Positions 1 through 7,934 of a stretch of DNA of 64,000 nt are shown here, in pieces. The notes below the pieces were generated by a model that saw only the letters and a program-made list of their open reading frames with translations, was not told the DNA's origin and did no database searches. The first letter of the stretch is position 1, and each line of letters opens with the position of its first letter. Source of the stretch: Gemmatimonadaceae bacterium (lineage in GTDB: Bacteria > Gemmatimonadota > Gemmatimonadetes > Gemmatimonadales > Gemmatimonadaceae). The stretch is from NCBI GenBank assembly GCA_040901985.1, contig JBBDYC010000014.1, positions 3,769 through 67,768 on the forward strand. The letters run 5' to 3'. The translations under genes were made by a program, and so were the position numbers.

Positions 1-114
1 GTGGGCGTGAGCCCACGGCCGATGGTGCGCGGACTCCGCGCGACCGCTCGCAACGAAGTCCAATATTGGCCATTCGGCCGCCGTGCACAACACCAGGGTG
101 CGGGTGGTGGGGTC

Positions 115-149
115 CGGGATAGGAAATTCAATCGGGGTCGGTCGAGTAT
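115..149. repeat. 35-bp non-coding motif, copy 1
   Basis: cgggataggaaattcaatcggggtcggtcgagtat matches 23446-23480 at 34/35 nt. Confidence 0.9.
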
Positions 150-512
150 CCGTCGAACCTCCAGCGCAATCGCCGACCACGCGAGGGCCGGCGATCGCGC
201 GGCGGCGTGCCCTCCGCCCCGCGGCCGCGCCTCGTCGGCCGTCCGCACGGCGGTTGCCGGGGGCGCCCAGTACCTCGGGGGCCGATCGGACGCTCCGGTG
301 GGACGGACGCGCACGCCGAACGTCCCCGTGCGTCGGCGGGGCGTTAGGGGGAGACTCAGTGGGCCCCGTGGGCCGCGGCGGGTCGTCGCGTGGCATCCGG
401 TGCGGACGGTCCCCGCATTAAGGGAGGACTCCGCGCGGCGGCGTGGGCCACCGTCGTTGCGCAGGTGCGGAGGTGGGAGAGGACTGATCGATCACGAACC
501 GCTCCGTAATGT

Positions 513-1689
513 GATGTTCACCCGGCGGTTTCAAGCGGTCATCGCAACACGTTCAGCGAAGGTTGATCTTCTGCTGCTCTTCGTGAGGTGACCTATGGGA
601 CAGGGAACTGGGGCGGCACGCCGACTGTCGGATGCCGAGCGACTGGAACTTCAACAGCGCGTTCGCGCGGGCGCGACACATGCGGCGGCCGCCATCGCGC
701 TCGGGTGTTCGGCCAAGTCGGTGCAACGCCTCCTTCGACGAACAGGTGGACTCAAGCCGCACGCCCCGTTGCGGTCGACGTTGCGCCTGACGTTGGTCGA
801 GCGGGAAGAAATCTCGCGGCGGCTCCTCGTCGGCGACTCCTGCCGCTCGATTGCGGCGCGCCTCGGCCGGGCGCCGTCGGCGCCCAAAGGTGGCGAAGCT
901 GCGGCACTGTCGTCGCCTGCGACGCGCCGTCGAGCGTGGGCTGGCCCGCCGCTGGTCACCGCAGCAGATCGCCGCCCGGCTGATTGCGGACTATCCTCAC
1001 GACATGCATATGCGCGTCTCGCACGAGACGATCTATCAATCCATCTTCGTGCAGGGGCGCGGGGCGCTGCGGCGAAAGCTGGCCCGCTGCCTGCGGACCG
1101 GTCGCGCGCGCCGTCGCGCGCACGGCCGCGTTCCGGGGGCCGGTCGCCTCAAGCAAATGGTGATGATCAGCGAGTGTCCCGCCGAAGTCGCGGATCGCGC
1201 GGTCCCCGGCCACTGGGAGGGCGACCTGCTCTACGGACGGCTGGGCCGTTCCGCGATTGCGACGCTCGTCGAACGTACCACTCGGTACGTGCTGTTGGTG
1301 GATTGCCCCATGGACGTCGGGCCGAGGAGGTCAAGACCGCGCTGATCTTGCCGATCCGACGGCCGCCCGTCGGCCTGCGTCGTTCCCTGACGTGGGATCA
1401 AGGCAAAGAGATGGGCGAGCACGTGCCTTTTACCGTCGCCACGGGCGTGCAGATATACTTCTGTGACCCGCGTAGCCCCTGGCAGCGAGGCACGAACGAA
1501 AACACCAACGGCCTGCTGCGACAGTACTTTCCGTCGGGGATGGATCTCGCGGGCTACACGCAGGCGCAGCTCAATCGCGTCGCCGCAGAACTCAACGCAC
1601 GCCCTCGGGAAACGCTCGGATGGCATTCGCCGGCTGAAGCATTTGCTCAAGTCGTTGCGATGACCGCTTGAAACCGCCGGGTGAACATC
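513..1689 (+). mobile_element. IS30-family insertion sequence (degenerate)
   Basis: Perfect 36-bp inverted repeat at 513-548 / 1654-1689 around an IS30-type transposase. The element proper may be 524-1678 (GGCGG...CCGCC ends). Confidence 0.9.
595..1671 (+). pseudogene. IS30-family transposase, frameshifted and internally deleted
   Basis: HTH 'LTLVEREEI...[11 protein letters not shown]' lies in the 595 frame. 'WSPQQI...VSHETIYQ...PGHWEGDL' lies in the 851 frame. 'TWDQGKEM...PWQRGTNENTNGLLRQYFP...LNARPR' is back in the 595 frame. Breaks fall near 880 and 1300. Confidence 0.9.
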
Positions 1690-1933
1690 GCACGGTGTGG
1701 TGGACCGTTCCAGGTGGACTTGCTGGATCTCTGGCGGTGGTCGGGCTGATGAACCTACGCCACGATACCTGCGACGACCTCCTGCTCGCGGCGTTCTCGG
1801 GGCTGTTCATAGGCTTGGGCGTGGGGCTCCTTGCCGATGGGTCCAAGGCAAAGCCAGTCAGAGGGTCCACGCCACCAGCGGAGCCGTAGCGGACCTGGTC
1901 GCCGGGTTTGTGCGCGAGATGTAGCTTCGAGGC

Positions 1934-4273
1934 GTGAACGACTCAGCGTTGACGGCGCTCCAGCTGGTCACGGCCGGACGGTATACGATCGAGCGCACGC
2001 TCGGCCGAGGCGGTATGGCGACCGTCTATCTCGCCCGCGACCTGCGTCATGACCGCCTGGTCGCGCTCAAGCATATGGACGCAGAGCTCGCGGCCTCGGT
2101 CGGTGCCGAGCGCTTCCTTCGCGAGATCAACGTCGCCGCGCGCCTTCAGCATCCCCATATCGTGCCCGTTTTCGATTCGGGCGGCGAGGGGTCGCAACTG
2201 TACTACACCATGCCGTACATCGCGGGCGAGTCGCTGCGCGATCTTCTGGATCGAGAGCCGCGCGTGCCGGTGCGCCTCGCCGTCAATCTCGCCCGGCAGG
2301 TAGCCTCGGCGCTCTCCGCCGCGCACGCGGAGGGTGTCGTGCACCGGGATATAAAGCCCGAGAACATCCTCGTCCGCGATGGCCAGGCGCTGGTCACCGA
2401 CTTCGGCATTGCGCGCGCCGTTGGCGATCGCACGACGCTCACCGGCACCGGAGTCTCGCTTGGTACCCCGACCTACATGAGTCCCGAACAGGTCGTCGGC
2501 GATCCCGTCGATGGTCGGAGCGACGTCTTCAGTCTGGGGTGCGTGCTCTTCGAGATGTTGACCGGCGCTCCGCCGTTCGTCGGGCCGACGCTCCAGGCCA
2601 CGCTGACGAATCGACTGATTGAGCCTGCCGCGCCGCTACGGACGGCACGTCCGGACGCGCCGGAACGGCTCGAGGCGGCCCTGGTGACTGCGCTGGCGGT
2701 CAATCCCGACCAGCGTTTCGAGACCGCGGCAGCGTTCGGCGCCGCTCTGGACCTCGCGCACGACACCACACCGTTCCGAGCTCGGGCGCCCGCCCCCGCG
2801 CCGCTGAGGGCGCGGTCGATCACGACGAGGCCGCTGGTTCTCGCCGCGGTGCTCGTCGTCGGCGGGGCGGCGGCCGTCACGCTAGCGGTCATGCGACCAT
2901 CAGCCTCTTCCGTGGGCAATGAGCGAAGCATCGCCGTGATGGACTTCCTTAACCGTTCGTCCGACAGCGCCGATGCGTACCTGGCGAGCGGCCTGACCGA
3001 CGAGGTGACGTCCCGTCTTGGTGACCTCGACCGCCTGCGGGTCAAGGGACGACGTGCCGTCGCGGCAGCGGCCGCGACCCTGCCCGGGGATTACCGTGCC
3101 CTGGGACGGGCGTTGGACGTACGCTATCTCGTCGAGGGCAGCGTTCGACGTGACGGGGCCCGGATACGGATTTCGGTCACTCTCGTGACGAGCGGCGACG
3201 GGTTCCGGATTTGGAGCCAGGATTACGACGGAACCGCAAGCGACCTGATGCTGCTCCAGGAGGAGATCGCTCGCAGTGTCGCACGGCGTGTCGCCGGCGA
3301 GTTGCTGCCGGGCGAGCGTGCGAGCCTGGCCGGACGCAGGACGCACGACGCCGTCGCGTACGACCATCTGCTCCGCGGAAACTTCCTTCTCGCCCAGCGC
3401 AATGCGGATGCGACCGCACGAGCCATCGGCCAATACGACGCGGCCATTGCCCGCGACCCGGGGTTTGTCCTGGCGCTGGCCCGCGCGGCCTACGCCCACG
3501 CGTTGGTGCTTGACTGGGGCTGGACCCTCCCCGGTGTGCCGAGGGACACGGTGCTGACGCGCGGGCTTCTGGCGGCAACACGGGCCCTCGCTCTGGACTC
3601 GACGACGGCGGAGGCGTGGCTCGCGCGCGGCTATCTGCTCACGTTCGCCAATCCCACGACGTTCGCCGGCGTCCAAGATGCGTTCGCGCGTGCCGTCGCA
3701 CACGACTCACTCAACGCCGAGATCCATCACCAGTACGGCTGGGTGTTGCACGAGATGGGTCGCGACTCCCTCGCGCTCGTACAGTACCACCGGGCCCTCG
3801 CATCCGAACCCGAACGAGCGAGCACGCTCCGACAGATCGCGATGGTGCACCTCTTCGCCCAGCGCGACGGAGATGCCGAGCGGTGGCTCGACAGCACGCT
3901 GCGGGTCGATCCCGGCTTCTATTCCGCGTACGGCCTGCGGGGGCTGTTGCGCCTTCGGCGCGGTGACATCGCCGGCGCGCGGGAGGATGGGGAGATGTCC
4001 CTTCGCCTCAGGGCCAGCGATCCATTGCGCGGCGAGTTCGTGTTGGCGCTCGCGGACGTTGCCAGCGGCAACCCGACCGACGCAAGGCGCCGGCTCGCGC
4101 GTATGCACGCCCACATTGGCGGCGGACCGGTGAACGTGTGGGACGCGTGGTACGTGGCGCTCGTACATTTGAGCCTGGACGACCGGAAGGCTACAACCGA
4201 CTTGCTCGAGCGTGTGCCGGAGAAGGGCTTGCTCGTGCGGCTCGGATTCTCGGACCTCGGCATTCGCGAATGA
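1934..4273 (+). CDS. Ser/Thr protein kinase with TM helix, TolB-N-like domain and TPRs
   Basis: GRGGMATV, VALK, HRDIKPEN, DFG and GTPTYMSPEQ motifs; TM at ~aa 300-320; 'SIAVMDF...YLASGLTDEV'; helical repeats. The C-terminus may be clipped. Confidence 0.93.
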   Translation: MNDSALTALQLVTAGRYTIERTLGRGGMATVYLARDLRHDRLVALKHMDAELAASVGAERFLREINVAARLQHPHIVPVFDSGGEGSQLYYTMPYIAGESLRDLLDREPRVPVRLAVNLARQVASALSAAHAEGVVHRDIKPENILVRDGQALVTDFGIARAVGDRTTLTGTGVSLGTPTYMSPEQVVGDPVDGRSDVFSLGCVLFEMLTGAPPFVGPTLQATLTNRLIEPAAPLRTARPDAPERLEAALVTALAVNPDQRFETAAAFGAALDLAHDTTPFRARAPAPAPLRARSITTRPLVLAAVLVVGGAAAVTLAVMRPSASSVGNERSIAVMDFLNRSSDSADAYLASGLTDEVTSRLGDLDRLRVKGRRAVAAAAATLPGDYRALGRALDVRYLVEGSVRRDGARIRISVTLVTSGDGFRIWSQDYDGTASDLMLLQEEIARSVARRVAGELLPGERASLAGRRTHDAVAYDHLLRGNFLLAQRNADATARAIGQYDAAIARDPGFVLALARAAYAHALVLDWGWTLPGVPRDTVLTRGLLAATRALALDSTTAEAWLARGYLLTFANPTTFAGVQDAFARAVAHDSLNAEIHHQYGWVLHEMGRDSLALVQYHRALASEPERASTLRQIAMVHLFAQRDGDAERWLDSTLRVDPGFYSAYGLRGLLRLRRGDIAGAREDGEMSLRLRASDPLRGEFVLALADVASGNPTDARRRLARMHAHIGGGPVNVWDAWYVALVHLSLDDRKATTDLLERVPEKGLLVRLGFSDLGIRE

Positions 4274-4290
4274 TTCGCTGATGCACTCCA

Positions 4291-4401
4291 GTGCTTGAGA
4301 TCGGCCGCGAGGTACACCGTGGCCATCCCGCCCGCGCCGAGTTCACGCTCGATGCGGTAGCGGTCAGCGAGGGCGGCCGTCAGACGATCTGGGAGTGACA
4401 T
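4291..4401 (-). pseudogene. N-terminal 37-codon remnant of a Ser/Thr kinase
   Basis: MSLPDRLTAALADRYRIERELGAGGMATVYLAADLKH, after which similarity to the 7935-10586 kinase stops abruptly. Confidence 0.88.
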
Positions 4402-4465
4402 TGGAGCGGAAGATGTTAGCCGGACAGGGGTGCCGCTACCTCAGAGGACTGTGATAGAATTGTGG

Positions 4466-6793
4466 ATGCTCAAAAGAACACGCCGCGCGCTTTTTGTCCG
4501 CACCGCCATCATCCCGGCCACGCTCTTGGCCCTGCCGGTCTCCGCTTCGCGCGCCCAGACCCCCGTCGTCATCGACGGTCCGCCGCGACCGGTCGCCCCC
4601 GCCGTCATCACCCGCGACACCGCGGGCAAGGCGACCGTGCGGGCGATCAAGCTCTCGGCGCCGCTCACGCTGGACGGAATGCTCGATGAGGCGGTGTACG
4701 CAGCCGTGGCGCCCTTCGACGGGATGATCCAGGTCGCGCCCGACTACGGCCAGCCGGCCAGCGAGCGCAGTGATATCTGGATCACGTACGACGACCAGAA
4801 CATCTACCTCTCCTGCCGGTGCTGGGATGCCTCGCCGCCTGAGGAGTGGGTTGTAAACGAACTCCGGCGCGACACCGGCGGCCTCCGCAACAACGAGCAC
4901 ATCGGCGTGCTCTTCGACACCTTTTACGATCGCCGCAGTGGGTTCGCCTTCTACACCAACCCACTCGGCGCGCGCGCCGACTACTCGGTGGTGGACGAAG
5001 GCGGTGCAAACTCCGACTGGAATCCCGTGTGGACGTCCCGGACCGGTCGCTTTGATGGCGGGTGGACGGTGGAGATGGCCATTCCGTTCAAGTCGTTGCG
5101 ATATCGCGCCGGGCCGGACCAAGTGTGGGGCATCCAGATCCGCCGCTCCATCCGCCATAAGAACGAGTGGGCCTATCTCACACTGGTGCCGCGGATCCTC
5201 GCTGGTCCGCAGGCCCTGAACCGCGTTTCGGCGGGCGCAACACTCGTGGGACTCGACCTCCCGACAGCCGGCAAGAACATCGAACTCAAGCCGTACGGCG
5301 TCGCGCGCGTCACATCCGATCGCCTGAGTACGCCACCGGTGCGCGACGAGTTCGGCGGCGACATCGGCGGCGACATCAAGTACGCCGTCACACCGAACGT
5401 CACTGCGGACCTCACGATCAACACCGACTTCGCGCAGGTCGAGGTTGACGAACAGCAGGTCAACCTGACGCGGTTCAGCCTCTTTTTCCCCGAGAAACGC
5501 GAGTTCTTCCTCGAGGGCCGCGGGATCTTCGATTTCGGGCGCGGCGGGAGTGGCTTGCTCGGCGGCGGCTCCGACACGCCGTACCTCTTTTACACCCGGC
5601 GGATCGGACTCAACAACGACGCCGTGATCCCGATCGACGTGGGCGGCCGTCTCACCGGGAAGCTCGGGCCGTACGCGCTCGGGCTGATGAACATCGGAAC
5701 GTCGAGCCATGCGGCGTCGAGTACCGAGGCCACGAACTTCACGGTACTGCGGCTCAAGCGCGACGTGCTGCGCCGCAGCTCGGTCGGCGTGATGGCGACC
5801 AACCGCTCAGTCGCGACGTCGGGGACGGGCTCGAATGTCGCGTACGGCGTGGATGGTGCGTTCCTCCTCTCCCAGACGTTGACCGCGAGCACCTACTGGG
5901 CGCGGACGGCCACCACCGGTGTGACCGACGACGACCAGAGTTATCAGGCCCGCGCGGATTACAGCGCGGACCGCTACGGCGCGCAGGCTGAGTATCTCGC
6001 GGTCGGCGCGAACTTCGACCCGCAGGTGGGATTCAAGCGGCGATCCGACTTCAGGAAGGCGTTCGGCCAGCTGCGGTTCAGCCCGCGTCCCGTGCGCTTC
6101 ACGAGCGTGCGGAAGTTCACGTGGACCGCGTCGGGCGAGTACGTCGAGACCGGTGCTGGCGCCGTGGACGCCCGGGGCTTTGCCGGTCGCTTCAACACGG
6201 AGTTCGCGAACAGCGACCGGTTCGCGGTGGACGTCTTCCACAACTTCGAGTTCCTCGTCGCGCCGTTCACGCCGTCGGGATCACCGGCCGCGATCGCGCC
6301 GGGCGGCTACACCTTCTCGAGTGCCTCGATCGCCTACGAGTTCGGCGCGCAACGGCGCGCCTCGGGAACGGTCAGGATCCAGGCTGGGGAGTACTACGAC
6401 GGCACCATCCGCAGCTTGACCGTCGGGCCCGGTAGCCCATTCTCGACCGCCCGCATCGCGATCCTGCAGCGGCTCGCGGTGGAACCGTCGTTCTCGATCA
6501 GCCGAATCGAGCGGTCGGCCGGGTCATTCACGACACGGCTCGCCCGGGCGCGCGTGGACTACGGCTTCTCGCCGTTGATGTTCGCGAGCGCGCTGCTCCA
6601 GTACAGCTCCGCCGACCGCGGTTTCAGCACGAATCTCCGATATCGCTGGGAGTACGCGCCGGGGAGCGAGCTCTTTCTCGTCTACACGGACGAGCGCGAC
6701 CTGACGCCCGACGGGTTCACGCCGCCACCGGCGGTGCGGGGGCTCAAGAATCGCGCGTTTGTCGTGAAGATCAATCGGTTGTTCAGGTACTAG
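4466..6793 (+). CDS. Exported CBM9-like / DUF5916 outer-membrane protein
   Basis: Signal peptide; 'LDGMLDEAVY', 'WTVEMAIPFKSLRY', 'NTDFAQVEVDEQQVNLTRFSLFFPEKREFFLEG'; aromatic C-terminal beta strand. Confidence 0.85.
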   Translation: MLKRTRRALFVRTAIIPATLLALPVSASRAQTPVVIDGPPRPVAPAVITRDTAGKATVRAIKLSAPLTLDGMLDEAVYAAVAPFDGMIQVAPDYGQPASERSDIWITYDDQNIYLSCRCWDASPPEEWVVNELRRDTGGLRNNEHIGVLFDTFYDRRSGFAFYTNPLGARADYSVVDEGGANSDWNPVWTSRTGRFDGGWTVEMAIPFKSLRYRAGPDQVWGIQIRRSIRHKNEWAYLTLVPRILAGPQALNRVSAGATLVGLDLPTAGKNIELKPYGVARVTSDRLSTPPVRDEFGGDIGGDIKYAVTPNVTADLTINTDFAQVEVDEQQVNLTRFSLFFPEKREFFLEGRGIFDFGRGGSGLLGGGSDTPYLFYTRRIGLNNDAVIPIDVGGRLTGKLGPYALGLMNIGTSSHAASSTEATNFTVLRLKRDVLRRSSVGVMATNRSVATSGTGSNVAYGVDGAFLLSQTLTASTYWARTATTGVTDDDQSYQARADYSADRYGAQAEYLAVGANFDPQVGFKRRSDFRKAFGQLRFSPRPVRFTSVRKFTWTASGEYVETGAGAVDARGFAGRFNTEFANSDRFAVDVFHNFEFLVAPFTPSGSPAAIAPGGYTFSSASIAYEFGAQRRASGTVRIQAGEYYDGTIRSLTVGPGSPFSTARIAILQRLAVEPSFSISRIERSAGSFTTRLARARVDYGFSPLMFASALLQYSSADRGFSTNLRYRWEYAPGSELFLVYTDERDLTPDGFTPPPAVRGLKNRAFVVKINRLFRY

Positions 6794-6869
6794 CGCCGGC
6801 GGAACAATTCCAGCGCCAAACGCCCATTGTCGCGAGCGCCGCCGCCGGAAGGCGACTAAATTGCACGGT

Positions 6870-7079
6870 ATGCGGACAGACAAGAGTCAAATGACCGCTC
6901 GGATCGTGCCGCTCGCCAGCGACGAGGCGTCCGACGCACGTGTCGGCGGCACCGCGGACGAGCGGCTCGCGTTGGTTCGTGAGCTCACGCAGCGCATGTG
7001 GGCGCTCACGCGACGCCCGATCCCAGCGTACAGCCGGTCCACGATGCCTGTTAAGCTCACGACGCTCGCCGAACAGTAG
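6870..7079 (+). CDS. Small protein paired with a nucleotidyltransferase (possible antitoxin-like partner)
   Basis: 69 aa; TAAATT hexamer 7 nt before the ATG; directly upstream of the NTase; paralog remnant at 32305. Confidence 0.7.
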   Translation: MRTDKSQMTARIVPLASDEASDARVGGTADERLALVRELTQRMWALTRRPIPAYSRSTMPVKLTTLAEQ

Positions 7080-7092
7080 GCGAGTGGGCCCA

Positions 7093-7542
7093 GTGAACGA
7101 GGACTACCGGGATGTACTGGCCGCACTCGTCGCCGGTGGCGCGCGCTTTTTGATCGTCGGCGCGCACGCACTGGCTGTCCACGGCTACCCGCGTGCCACG
7201 GTGGACATTGATATCTGGATCGACCCATCGCCGGAGAACGCGGTGCGCGTCTGGAACGCGCTGGCGGAGTTCGGTGCTCCACTAGTCGCACTCGGGATCA
7301 GTGTGCAGGATCTCACCCGCAGGGACGTCGTCGCGCAGTTCGGGCTACCGCCGAACCGCATCGATGTTCTGACGGGCGTATCCGGTCTGACGTTCGAGGA
7401 AGCCTGGACCACGCGTATTGAGATGGCGGTTGAGGGAGTTCCAGTGCCGGTGCTTGGCTACGAAGAACTCCTGAAGAACAAGCGAGCAACGGGTCGCGAC
7501 AAGGATCGCGCCGACGTCAAGGGGTTGGAGGGCAGGGGCTAG
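7093..7542 (+). CDS. Pol-beta-superfamily nucleotidyltransferase (DUF6036-like)
   Basis: 'IVGAHALAVHGYPRATVDIDIW' (G-A/G...DxD) and C-terminal 'NKRATGRDKDRADV'. Confidence 0.85.
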   Translation: MNEDYRDVLAALVAGGARFLIVGAHALAVHGYPRATVDIDIWIDPSPENAVRVWNALAEFGAPLVALGISVQDLTRRDVVAQFGLPPNRIDVLTGVSGLTFEEAWTTRIEMAVEGVPVPVLGYEELLKNKRATGRDKDRADVKGLEGRG

Positions 7543-7561
7543 GCCGTCGTCCCCAGAGGTC

Positions 7562-7867
7562 TCACCGCTTGCCCCGCAACGCCCCCAACACGTTCTGGAT
7601 CAACACGAGATCCGTGTTGATCGAATCGGCCGACATGCGCGCCCAGAACCGCAGGAACCGCTCGTCACTGGGCGCCACCTCAAAAAATGGTTCGGTTGCC
7701 GAATGCAGCACCTGCCGGCGGCCGACCGACAGGGTAGGAGCAGTTCGGATCTCCGCTGCCACGATCGCGGCCGGGTACACAGTGGCCATTCCGCCCTGGC
7801 CGAGTTCGCGCTCGATGCGGTAGCGGTCGGCGAGTGCGGCGGTGAGCCGCTCGAGGGGGATGGGCAC
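7562..7867 (-). pseudogene. Internally deleted kinase-PD40 gene (in-frame N-terminus/C-terminus fusion)
   Basis: The first 31 aa are a kinase N-terminus. The last ~70 aa resemble the final propeller blade and tail of the 7935-10586 paralog. Confidence 0.75.
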
Positions 7868-7934
7868 TGGGTCGAAGGTACAGGCGGTGGACTCGGTTGG
7901 CGAGTGTCGCGCCAGCCAACTTTCGCCGCCGCAG

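Noticed and set aside
1..512. ORFs 1-591 and 83-421
   Set aside because: Arg/Pro/Gly-rich shadow-type composition, no recognisable motif, and the longer one runs into the IS end.
1668..1889. Small two-helix membrane ORF next to the IS
   Set aside because: Its start lies inside the IS inverted repeat, and no continuous frame could be rebuilt across the empty site. It may be a remnant but is unsupported.
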